DNA of 64,000 bases from positions 14,795 through 78,794 of the forward strand of contig DDYN01000032.1 in assembly GCA_002347965.1 (NCBI GenBank), in the 5' to 3' direction. The stretch's first letter is position 1; every line of letters starts with the position of its first letter. Below the pieces are notes generated by a model. That model saw nothing but the letters and a program-made list of their open reading frames with translations. It was not told the DNA's origin and did no database searches. The translations under genes were made by a program, and so were the position numbers. Source of the stretch: Nitrospirae bacterium UBA2233 (GTDB lineage Bacteria > UBA2233). Below are positions 28,216 through 37,121 of the stretch, piece by piece.

Positions 28216-29822
28216 TGGCCTACGAAGACCTCTACGTGTTCACGGTTAAGGAAGAAGCATTCGCGTTTCACACGAAAACCGCCTTCCTCGTGCAGCTGGA
28301 CGCTCCGACGGCGAGGTTTTTAGGCCTTCGAGGGGACGTGAGCGCCTTCTTAGAAGAATACCCCGGGCAGGTCTTGGACGAGTGCACGGGGGCGCTCTCG
28401 GGTCTGTACGAAGACGACCTTCTCCCGAAAGAGCTGGAGATTGAAGAGCGCAAAAATCCAAAAAGCCCCCGCTGGGTGTTGGATCTAGCGTCCATCCAAG
28501 ACCCGTTCTCCGTGCTCGGCGCCACCATGAAGGCGACTGCCGCCTTAAGCCCAACCCAAAGCGCCCCGCTTGTCGTCGGATTGAGCGCCAAAGAGAGGAT
28601 CGCTCCTTGTCCATCGAAGTCCCCTGGCGTAGTTTTTGGTGTCCATGAGCCAGAAGGAGTGTTTCGGCATCCCTCGGGTTCAAACCCGATGGATGCCGTT
28701 TTGTGTCTGGAAACATTCGAGCCTGCAATTATCCAGAGGCTGTTTCGCGAGGGTACTGGAAGAGTCTGGTTAGATTGGGGAGGGTGGATTCCAAGTCCCC
28801 CAGAAGGGCTCTTCGATGCCCTTGTTTCCCTCATGGGCTCTGTCTGGGAAGAAAACCCCAAAGCCATACTCGAGCCTTTATCCTCTTGGATCCGAGCCAT
28901 GTACGAGGCCGTCCCCCCAATTTCCCCCCCCTGGATAGGGGTCTTGCTGCCCGGCCAGGATGAATCCTTGAGCCTCAAGGCCTCGCCTCGCGCCCCCGAA
29001 CCGACGTTTGTCAGCATGCAAGATGTCCTAGCCCTTTTGGGAGAGTCTGACACCTGCAAGCCCGTATGCAGGGCCTGCCCGATCCTAAAGCTTTGCCAAG
29101 GGGGGCATTGGGCGGCACGGCTGAAGAACGCGCAAGCCGGGCATCAAATCGCCCCTCCTGATCCAAGAGAGTGCGCCATCGCCTTCGATGTGTTCCGCGC
29201 AGCCGTTGCCCTGTACGACCGGCTCGAACGCGAAGGGCTTTTGGAGACCCAGGCGGGAGACGCGCCTACCAAGGAGATGGAACGTTTCGCTTGGGGGAGG
29301 CACGCTCTAAGTGCTCGCTTAATCACAGAAGAATCCTTCACCGAAGTGAGTCCTTTCCTCAAAAAGGCCTTTGACGACGGGCTTTTGCTGTTTGAGCGAT
29401 TTTTAGACCCCTCCTGGAGAGAGGTTCAAGGGCTCCTTCAAGAAGACGAACCGAAGCGTAGGCTCGTTGCGTTAAGGAGCGGCGAGGGAGAGCCTTGCGG
29501 GTTTTTATGGGTTGCGGCGCTTAAGCAGGAACATAGTGCCGATGCATCGTTATGGCTCTCGGAGCACGCCTACGGGTTGCTTACCCCTTTTGCCCTAAAA
29601 GACTTCCTCCGGGCGTTGCTCGGTGAGCTTGGCATAAGAAAGCTTAGTTTGTACATCTTGCCGGGGCATGCTAGGCTTGAAAGGCTGCTCGAGAACGCCG
29701 GAGCGGTACTTGAAGGGGTGCTCCGTGAAGCCGTGTTTCTAGAAGGCGGCTTCCGGGACGTTGCCGTGTACGCATGCCTTGAGGAAAAACTGCAACAAAG
29801 CAGCGTGGACAGTGCATTATAG
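28215..29822 (+). CDS. Degenerate radical-SAM/SPASM-derived protein fused to a C-terminal GNAT domain
   Basis: RRE-like N-terminus; C285-x2-C288-x5-C294-x3-H298...C320; C-terminal GIRKLSL...LENAGAVLEGVLREAVFLEGGFRD. No CxxxCxxC. Confidence 0.6.
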   Translation: MAYEDLYVFTVKEEAFAFHTKTAFLVQLDAPTARFLGLRGDVSAFLEEYPGQVLDECTGALSGLYEDDLLPKELEIEERKNPKSPRWVLDLASIQDPFSVLGATMKATAALSPTQSAPLVVGLSAKERIAPCPSKSPGVVFGVHEPEGVFRHPSGSNPMDAVLCLETFEPAIIQRLFREGTGRVWLDWGGWIPSPPEGLFDALVSLMGSVWEENPKAILEPLSSWIRAMYEAVPPISPPWIGVLLPGQDESLSLKASPRAPEPTFVSMQDVLALLGESDTCKPVCRACPILKLCQGGHWAARLKNAQAGHQIAPPDPRECAIAFDVFRAAVALYDRLEREGLLETQAGDAPTKEMERFAWGRHALSARLITEESFTEVSPFLKKAFDDGLLLFERFLDPSWREVQGLLQEDEPKRRLVALRSGEGEPCGFLWVAALKQEHSADASLWLSEHAYGLLTPFALKDFLRALLGELGIRKLSLYILPGHARLERLLENAGAVLEGVLREAVFLEGGFRDVAVYACLEEKLQQSSVDSAL

Positions 29823-30231
29823 GAAAGAAGAGCTGAAGTTTGCCGATAACGAGCAGCGGGTCGTCGCGGTTCATGATTATCTCGTTGGCCTTGTTACGCA
29901 AGCGAGAAAAGCCATGGAAAACAAAGAGCCGCAAAGGCTTAAGAAGCTCCTCGATACCGCGATGGATACGGTGGCGACTCTCGATATGCACCTGGATTTT
30001 CGGTCAAACCCGGCATTTGCTGCTACAATCCGTCGCTGGTACGCGTTTTGGACGCTTCGCATGATGGATGCACGCCAGGCGGAGGGCGAAAGCACGGCGG
30101 CCATCTTGCAAGAGCTCGAAGATTCTCTGAAAAAGTTCGTCCTCGCGCTTCGTGACGGCATTGTACTTCGCAACACTCCCGGCGCAGAGCAAAAAGGCTC
30201 GCAAAAAGGCGGTGTGTCGTTTAACGCCTAA
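29812..30231 (+). CDS. FliS-like flagellar export chaperone (divergent)
   Basis: Helical pattern Y..EEL..AD.EQRVVAVHD...ARKAME...LDF......AA.I..WY resembles FliS. GTG start overlaps the preceding stop. Confidence 0.6.
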   Translation: MHYRKEELKFADNEQRVVAVHDYLVGLVTQARKAMENKEPQRLKKLLDTAMDTVATLDMHLDFRSNPAFAATIRRWYAFWTLRMMDARQAEGESTAAILQELEDSLKKFVLALRDGIVLRNTPGAEQKGSQKGGVSFNA

Positions 30232-31523
30232 AAGGCGTTCGAGGGTTTTTCCTCTTCGAGGATTCCGTATGGCTTTTCGAGAAAGGCTTCGCCCTTGGGT
30301 GTCCGCTTTAGGACCAACGCGGGGTTTTCTTCGTGAAGAAGGGTTTCTATGTTCTGAATTCGGATGAGCCCGTAATCGTTCAGGTACTCTACGTGGGCCC
30401 CGACCTCTAAGAGGGCCAGAAGGTGGTTGTACCCTTCGGAGTGCATCGGGTAGATGATGCGAGTTACCTCTACGACTGTGCGGGGTTCGCCGAAAAGCCG
30501 AAGAATTTCCAAGAGCCTTCCTTGATGGTGGTACAGAAGTTCCGTGCCCCTCTTTTGAACGTCCTGAATTTCGCCTTCATGGCCTCCTAAGCCGAGCCTG
30601 ACGCCTTCCAGATTGCCGATATGTTTAAGCGCGCCGATATAGTGCCCGAGCCCGCAGAACGGGGCGATGTGTTCTGGGCTTTGATGGGGCGTGATGGTCG
30701 GCAGAATATGATCGCCCGTAAACAGGATGTCGTCGTACAACAAACAGACCTCACCGGGGCAATGTCCCGGGGTATGGATCACGCGCATGCCTTTTAGGGT
30801 GTCCCCGTCCCGTAAGGCGCTTTGGGGCTCGAAATCTTTAAAAAAGGCCTTTCCAAACCGGTACATTTCTTCCATTTGTAGGGCCCTTTCGCTCGAAACC
30901 CCGGCCCTTCGAAGGAAAACGCCCAGGTCTTTCGATAACAGGACGGTTCGCTCCTCGAACTGTGCGAGCGACTTGAAGTCCAGCTCGTGGATATGGACGC
31001 GCGCTTTAGAGCGTTCAACCAAACCATGGAGCCCGCCAAAATGGTCAATATGGCCGTGGGTAAGGACGATATCCGTGATGTCTTCGATGCAAAAGGCTTG
31101 TCCGAAGCACTCCGGGAGAAGCCGTTCGGCCCTCTCTAAGTCTCTTAGGGCGGTTTCTGTCGTCGTGGCCGCATCGATCAGGACGTTGCCCGATGTCTGG
31201 GGCAAGAAATAAAGATTGTTGATGTGCCCAGGAAAGGTTTCTGCTACAACCCTGTACACGGGCTGACCCGAGGCAGTTTTGTAGCGCTTCAGCCCTGCGA
31301 TGCCGTAACGATCCACGTACGAGCTTAAACGCGCATCCGAAGACCTTGCGGCCTGTAGATCTTGAAGGCGTTCCTTAAAAGCCAATTGGCACTCCGGAGT
31401 GGCATCGATGCGGGCATGGACCCTTCCGATAAGGTCTTCGGGTTTTTCCGATGCGGCCTGCGCTGCAAACAGGGCCTCTTCGGCCTTCCAAAGCGTCTTG
31501 AGTATAGATACAATCCCTGACAT
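30228..31523 (-). CDS. Metallo-beta-lactamase fold hydrolase with N-terminal extension
   Basis: THGHIDHFGG, HTPGHCPG, FTGDHIL, GGHE motifs. Confidence 0.85.
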   Translation of the reverse strand: MSGIVSILKTLWKAEEALFAAQAASEKPEDLIGRVHARIDATPECQLAFKERLQDLQAARSSDARLSSYVDRYGIAGLKRYKTASGQPVYRVVAETFPGHINNLYFLPQTSGNVLIDAATTTETALRDLERAERLLPECFGQAFCIEDITDIVLTHGHIDHFGGLHGLVERSKARVHIHELDFKSLAQFEERTVLLSKDLGVFLRRAGVSSERALQMEEMYRFGKAFFKDFEPQSALRDGDTLKGMRVIHTPGHCPGEVCLLYDDILFTGDHILPTITPHQSPEHIAPFCGLGHYIGALKHIGNLEGVRLGLGGHEGEIQDVQKRGTELLYHHQGRLLEILRLFGEPRTVVEVTRIIYPMHSEGYNHLLALLEVGAHVEYLNDYGLIRIQNIETLLHEENPALVLKRTPKGEAFLEKPYGILEEEKPSNAF

Positions 31524-31653
31524 GGCGACTCCTTCGAGGCGGATGGGTTGTTTCTTTAAGTATGAACGGCATCGAAACCCAAAGCAAAGGGCCTTGTGCT
31601 AGAATACCCAAAGGAAGCTCTGCCAAGTCTTAAGGAACAAACGGGTTGATACA

Positions 31654-33942
31654 GTGAAAAAGCCGATGGGAACGAAGACGTACGATTACATGATTGTTGT
31701 GGAATCCCCCACGAAGGTGCAAACGCTCAAGCGCTACTTGGGCCCGAGCGTTCCCGTCGAAGCTTCCAAGGGGCACGTTAAGGACCTCCCGAAGAGCCGG
31801 CTCGGGGTTGACCTTCAAAAGGATTTTGAGCCCGAGTACGTGACGATCGAAGGGAAGGTTCAAGTCCTTAAGCGTCTCGTAGATGCCGCCGCAAACGTGA
31901 AGACCGTTTACCTCGCTTCCGACCCTGACAGGGAGGGCGAGGCAATCGCCTTTCATGTTGCCGAAGAGCTTCAGAAAATCTTACCGCAAGATGCGCTCAA
32001 GCGGGTACTTTTCTACGAGCTTACCCAGAAAGGGGTCCAAGAAGGACTGAAACGGCCGGCGGCGCTGAACCTTAACCTATACAACGCGCACAAAGCCAGA
32101 AGGGTTCTCGATAGACTAGTAGGCTACAAGATCTCCCCGCTCCTTTGGAAGAAGGTAAGGTACGGGCTTAGCGCCGGCAGGGTTCAGAGCGTTGCCTTAA
32201 GGCTCGTTCTCGAGCGGGAGCGGGCCATTAGGGCGTTTGTTCCAAAAACATGGTTTACGCTGCTCGCCAAGCTCGCCCATCAAGGGGTACCCTTCGATGC
32301 CGAGCTGGCCGTTTATGCGGGCAAGAAGGCTCTCTTCGAGGACGAGCAAACGGCAAGGGGGGCGCTGAAGGCCCTTCAGGGCGTACCTTTGGTCGTCTCG
32401 GATGTCGCTAAGTCTGAACGCAAACGTGCCCCAAAGCCTCCGTTTAAGACGAGCACGCTCCAGCAAACGGCGGCATCGGTACTAGGGTTTAGTCCCAAAG
32501 AAACGATGCTATTGGCTCAAAGGCTTTATGAAGGCGTCGAGATCGCCGGGTTTGGCCACGCGGGCCTCATCACCTACATGCGAACGGACTCGCTTCGGCT
32601 CTCTCCCGACATGTGCCATAAGGCGAAAGAGTTCGTAAAGGACCGTTTTGGCGGGTCGTTTGCCTCCAAGACGTTGCGCCGGTACGAAAATAAGGCCCGC
32701 GCGCAAGACGCCCACGAAGCCATACGGCCGACAGACCTGGCCCTTACGCCCGAGGCACTAGAAGGCAAGCTCGATAGACGCTTGCATCGGCTTTATAGGC
32801 TGATTTTTTGGAGGTTTGTCGCCTCTCAGATGACCGACGCGCGTTTTGAAACCATAAGCGTTACGCTCAAGGCTTGGACGGCCGACGGGACCGAGGCGAT
32901 CTTTCGGGCCAAGGGCGAAACGCTGCTCCATTCCGGGTTTCTTGCGGCGCTAGAGATGAGCGAACCAAAAGAGTCGCTCGAAGGAACGTTGCCGGAGCTC
33001 CAGAGCGATGCTTCCTTGAGCCCAGAAAACCTCGTGCTCAAAGAGCACACGACCAAGCCTCCTGCGCGGTTTACGGAAGCAACGCTCATCAAAGAGCTCG
33101 AAGACCTCGGGATCGGCAGGCCTTCTACGTACGCTACGATCGTCTCGACCGTTCAGGAGCGCCGTTACGTCCAAAAAGAGAACGGACAGCTTCTTCCTAC
33201 TCCTCTCGGGATCACGGTCAGCGACCTTCTCGTGGCCCATTTTCCAGGCCTTCTCGATACAGGCTTCACGGCCAAGCTTGAGAACGACCTAGACGCGATC
33301 GAGGCCAACCAGATGAAATGGCAGGGCTTGATCGCGGACTTCTACTCGTCTTTTGCCAAGGAGCTCGAAAAGGCCAACGAAGACATGCCGAGCATTAAGG
33401 CCATGCGCCAAGAGACGGGCGTTTCCTGCCCGGAGTGCCAGGCGCTGACAGAGGTGCGCTTCGGAAAGCACGGCTATTTCCTCTCCTGCTCGCGTTACCC
33501 GGAGTGCACCTTTTCAAAGCCTTGCATCCTCGAGCCGGACGGGAGTATAACCATAGCTGAGAACGGAGAAGTACAAGAAACCGGCCGCTTTTGTCCCAAA
33601 TGCAAGTCTCCCATGGTCATTAAAAAAGGCCGTTACGGTGCCTTTATGGCCTGTTCGAACTATCCTGCCTGCAAGGAAACAAGCCCTGTTACGCTTGGCA
33701 TTCCTTGCCCAAAAGAAGGCTGCGACGGGGAGCTTGTCGAGCGCCGATCGAAGCGGGGCAGCACCTTTTACGGGTGTACCAACTACCCGAAATGCTCGCT
33801 GGTACTCTCAAAAGAGCCCGTACAGGCCTGTTGCACGGCATGCGGTTTTCAGGTGATGGTTCGCGTCAAGGATCGCAAAGGGGAGACCAAGTCTCTCCAG
33901 TGCCCCAACTGTAAAACGTTCGTGGAGCTTACAGCGGTATGA
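31654..33942 (+). CDS. topA: DNA topoisomerase I
   Basis: IVVESPTK, DPDREGE, SAGRVQS, ITYMRTDS, GIGRPSTY and C-terminal Zn ribbons. Confidence 0.97.
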   Translation: MKKPMGTKTYDYMIVVESPTKVQTLKRYLGPSVPVEASKGHVKDLPKSRLGVDLQKDFEPEYVTIEGKVQVLKRLVDAAANVKTVYLASDPDREGEAIAFHVAEELQKILPQDALKRVLFYELTQKGVQEGLKRPAALNLNLYNAHKARRVLDRLVGYKISPLLWKKVRYGLSAGRVQSVALRLVLERERAIRAFVPKTWFTLLAKLAHQGVPFDAELAVYAGKKALFEDEQTARGALKALQGVPLVVSDVAKSERKRAPKPPFKTSTLQQTAASVLGFSPKETMLLAQRLYEGVEIAGFGHAGLITYMRTDSLRLSPDMCHKAKEFVKDRFGGSFASKTLRRYENKARAQDAHEAIRPTDLALTPEALEGKLDRRLHRLYRLIFWRFVASQMTDARFETISVTLKAWTADGTEAIFRAKGETLLHSGFLAALEMSEPKESLEGTLPELQSDASLSPENLVLKEHTTKPPARFTEATLIKELEDLGIGRPSTYATIVSTVQERRYVQKENGQLLPTPLGITVSDLLVAHFPGLLDTGFTAKLENDLDAIEANQMKWQGLIADFYSSFAKELEKANEDMPSIKAMRQETGVSCPECQALTEVRFGKHGYFLSCSRYPECTFSKPCILEPDGSITIAENGEVQETGRFCPKCKSPMVIKKGRYGAFMACSNYPACKETSPVTLGIPCPKEGCDGELVERRSKRGSTFYGCTNYPKCSLVLSKEPVQACCTACGFQVMVRVKDRKGETKSLQCPNCKTFVELTAV

Positions 33943-35726
33943 ATCGAACCTGGACACTCATTTTGGCGAACGGTGCGCTCTTGGCGGCGGCGTTGTTCGG
34001 GTTTTTGGAGAAGGGGCGAATCTCCGGTTCGCCCGCGCTCGCTAAGGCTGGCCTTTTTGGGGTTACGGACAGCTTCGCCCAGCTTGGCCGGTACGGAAGG
34101 TGGATGACCGGCGGCAGGGAGATCCTGGAAATCGACCTCCCCCTTCGAATGGCCTACCAAAAGGACCCCTTGAGCCGCTTGATCGGAAAGCCGACCCGGA
34201 CGTTTGATGAATATATGCGCCTGATCGAAGAGGCTTCAAGGGACAACGTCGTCTCCGGGATCCTGCTCGTGGTCTCCGAAACGGCGCTTGATTTTGCCGA
34301 GATTGAAGATTTGCGCTCGGCCCTCCTTAGGTTCAAGGCCCAGGGAAAGTCCGTATACGTCTACTTCGAGAACGGCGGAAACAAGGAATACCTCCTTTCT
34401 ACGGCCTCCGACCACATTATGGGCGCGAAGACGGCAGGGCTTTTCTTGGTAGGACTGAAAACGAGAACGGTATACCTAAAAGACCTGTTGGACAAGCTGG
34501 GTATCCGGATGTGGGTTGTCAAGGAAGGCGCATACAAAACATTTGGCGACATGTTCACCCGTTCGAGTATGTCCGAATCGGACAAGGAGCAGCTCGGCGC
34601 GCTGATGGACGACCTGTACGAAAAACTCGTTGCAACGATCTCAAAAGAAAGACGCCTGGATCGTCAATCCCTCGAGCAGGCCATCCGAAGGGCCCCGTTA
34701 ACCTCTTCGGAGGCCAAAGCCTTTGGACTGTTCGACTCGATCGGCTACAGGGATGACCTTAAGCGTATCGTGAAAGACGAGGAACCCCACAGGGTTCGTT
34801 TTGTGAACTTCAAGGATTACAGGGTGCGAAAGCTCTTTCCAGTCGGTAACCCCTTCAAGCGGCGTATCGCCCTTCTTCATTTGTCCGGGATGATTCTGCC
34901 GGGTGAAAGTCAGGACACGCCCATGTTGAGGACGAGGGCGATTCTCGAGCGGCCCACCCTCGAGCTGCTCGAGGAGATCGAAAAAGACCGTTCAATCGGG
35001 GCCCTTTTGGTTCGAATCGATTCTCCCGGAGGGCTGGAGTCGCCTACCGATCAAATCTGGCGAAAAATCCGCAAGCTCGGAGAGAAAAAGCCCGTTATCG
35101 TCCAAGCCGGCGGCGTTTGTGCCTCCGGAGGCTACTACATCGCCTCAGGGGGCAACAAGGTGATTGCCCATCCCTACTCGGTCGTGGGCTCGATCGGCGT
35201 GCTGGCCCTTAAGCCGGATGTCAGCGTGCTTGCCGACAGGCTCGGTCTCCGCTCCGAGACGATTCAGCGCGGAGACCACGCGGACGTATTCTCCCCGTGG
35301 AAGGGGTGGAGTCCGGAAGAGCTCGAGCGTCTCAAGGTAAACATCCGCCATGATTACGAAATGTTCCTCGAGGCCGTGGCTGTTTCCAGAGGAAGGTCAA
35401 AAGAGGAAATCGCCGAGCTTGCGCAAGGACGAATCTACTCCGGGGAGGCCGCGTTGAAGCTCGGGCTCATCGATCGTTTAGGGGGGTTCTTCGAAGCCTT
35501 GGACGAAGCAAAGAAGGCCATCGGGCTAAGGCCTCAAGATGCGGCAGAAATTGTCGTGTTTCCGAAAGAAAAGGGGCTTTTCGAAGCGTTGGCCCAAGGG
35601 CCGCTTGCCTACAAAGACCCATACCTTCGCTTGCTTGAGCCTGTCGGATGTGTAAGCGAGATGCTAGACGTGCTCGGAAAGCAGCACTCCGCCGTACTCT
35701 GGCCCGTGCTGTTCCAGATGGAGTAG
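33939..35726 (+). CDS. sppA: Signal peptide peptidase SppA (67K type)
   Basis: Two S49 domains; GAYK, RIDSPGG, CASGGYYIA, GSIGV, AQGRIYSG. Confidence 0.92.
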   Translation: MNRTWTLILANGALLAAALFGFLEKGRISGSPALAKAGLFGVTDSFAQLGRYGRWMTGGREILEIDLPLRMAYQKDPLSRLIGKPTRTFDEYMRLIEEASRDNVVSGILLVVSETALDFAEIEDLRSALLRFKAQGKSVYVYFENGGNKEYLLSTASDHIMGAKTAGLFLVGLKTRTVYLKDLLDKLGIRMWVVKEGAYKTFGDMFTRSSMSESDKEQLGALMDDLYEKLVATISKERRLDRQSLEQAIRRAPLTSSEAKAFGLFDSIGYRDDLKRIVKDEEPHRVRFVNFKDYRVRKLFPVGNPFKRRIALLHLSGMILPGESQDTPMLRTRAILERPTLELLEEIEKDRSIGALLVRIDSPGGLESPTDQIWRKIRKLGEKKPVIVQAGGVCASGGYYIASGGNKVIAHPYSVVGSIGVLALKPDVSVLADRLGLRSETIQRGDHADVFSPWKGWSPEELERLKVNIRHDYEMFLEAVAVSRGRSKEEIAELAQGRIYSGEAALKLGLIDRLGGFFEALDEAKKAIGLRPQDAAEIVVFPKEKGLFEALAQGPLAYKDPYLRLLEPVGCVSEMLDVLGKQHSAVLWPVLFQME

Positions 35727-35732
35727 GCGATC

Positions 35733-37121
35733 ATGGAACGATGGATCGATTTGAGCGATATTCCAGAAAGGGCGCGACGGCTACCTGTAAAGGTGATCGG
35801 GGGCGGGCTGGCTGGGGTTGAGGCGGCCTACGCGCTCGCCAAAGAAGGGGTTCCCGTCGAGTTGATCGAGATGAAACCAAGGCGCTTCTCGCCCGCCCAC
35901 CGCCTGGTCCACCTAGCCGAGCTCGTGTGCTCGAACTCTTTCAAGAGCATGGACCCCTTAAAGGCTTCTGGGCTCCTCAAGAAAGAGCTTGACCTTCTGG
36001 GCTCGGTCGTGCTGGAAGCCGCGAGGAAGACGCGTGTCCCGGCAGGGGAGGCCCTTGCCGTCGACAGGGATGCGTTCGCCGAGCGCGTTACACGCATCCT
36101 GTCTGCCCATCCGCTGATTAAGGTCGTCCGGAAAGAAGCCGTTGCCATCCCGCGCACGGGTATCGTGGTTGTCGCCGTAGGTCCCTTGCCATCGGGTCGG
36201 TTTGAGCGTGCAATCGAACACCTGCTCGGCGACAAAGGGCTGTACTTTTACGATGCTGTTTCCCCTGTCGTCGAGAGTGAAAGCATTGATTTTTCGAAGG
36301 TGTTTCGCGCCTCCCGCTACGAAGAGGGAGAAGGCGACTACATCAACTGTCCGATGAGCAGGGAGCAGTACCTGGCCTTCGTGCAAGCGCTCAAGGGAGC
36401 CCAGAAGGTTCCCTTGAAGCCGCTCGATGAACCCAGGTTTTTCCAGGGGTGTCAACCCGTAGACCTCATTGCAGAGCAGGGCGAGCATGCGCTGGCGTTC
36501 GCCCAGATGTCTCCCGTGGGGTTTCGGCAGTTCAGGGGCGCTTCGAACAGGCCGTTCGCCGTGATTCAGCTAAGACAGGACGACCTGGTAGGGTGTCACT
36601 ACGCGATTGTCGGGTTTCAGAGTAGGCTCAAGATGCAAGAACAGGACAGGGTGTTCCGGATGATTCCTGGGCTCGAGAATGCCCGCTTTGTCCGGTACGG
36701 AACGTTCCACAGGAACACGTACATTAACAGCCCAAAGTATTTAACCCGTTTTTTGGGCTTAAAACACTGCCCGCGTATTTTTTTTGCTGGCCAGGTTTGC
36801 GGGGTCGAGGGTTACCTCGAGTCGGCCGCGATGGGCCTCGTGGCCGGCCTGTTTGCCGCGAGGATGTGGAAAACACAGCCAATCCGGGAGCTTCCGAAAG
36901 GAAGCATGATCGCAGGGCTTCTCGGGTACATCACCTTCGAAGGGCACAAAGAGTTCAAGCCTATGAATGCAAACTTTGGCCTGCTTGAAGCAGAGAACCC
37001 TCCCGGGCGCGACAGAAAGGCCAAACGGGCTTGGCTTATGGAGCGTTCAAGCTCAGGGCTGGATGCTTGGATGCGCGAAATGGGAATAGGGCTTCAGGAG
37101 GGGTTCTCATCTCTCAAATAG
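35733..37121 (+). CDS. trmFO: tRNA m5U54 methyltransferase, folate/FAD-dependent
   Basis: GGGLAGVEAA, ELVCSNSF, YFYDAVSP, QLRQD, HRNTYINSP, PMNANFG. Confidence 0.95.
   Translation: MERWIDLSDIPERARRLPVKVIGGGLAGVEAAYALAKEGVPVELIEMKPRRFSPAHRLVHLAELVCSNSFKSMDPLKASGLLKKELDLLGSVVLEAARKTRVPAGEALAVDRDAFAERVTRILSAHPLIKVVRKEAVAIPRTGIVVVAVGPLPSGRFERAIEHLLGDKGLYFYDAVSPVVESESIDFSKVFRASRYEEGEGDYINCPMSREQYLAFVQALKGAQKVPLKPLDEPRFFQGCQPVDLIAEQGEHALAFAQMSPVGFRQFRGASNRPFAVIQLRQDDLVGCHYAIVGFQSRLKMQEQDRVFRMIPGLENARFVRYGTFHRNTYINSPKYLTRFLGLKHCPRIFFAGQVCGVEGYLESAAMGLVAGLFAARMWKTQPIRELPKGSMIAGLLGYITFEGHKEFKPMNANFGLLEAENPPGRDRKAKRAWLMERSSSGLDAWMREMGIGLQEGFSSLK

Noticed and set aside
28215-29822. Active radical SAM RiPP maturase with an adjacent precursor
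   Set aside because: No CxxxCxxC motif, and no Cys-rich or leader-like small ORF in the tightly packed operon.
13303-31600. tRNA-His-anchored genomic island
   Set aside because: The tRNA 3' end points toward the core phoH operon, not the accessory block; no integrase or duplicated tRNA 3' fragment was seen.
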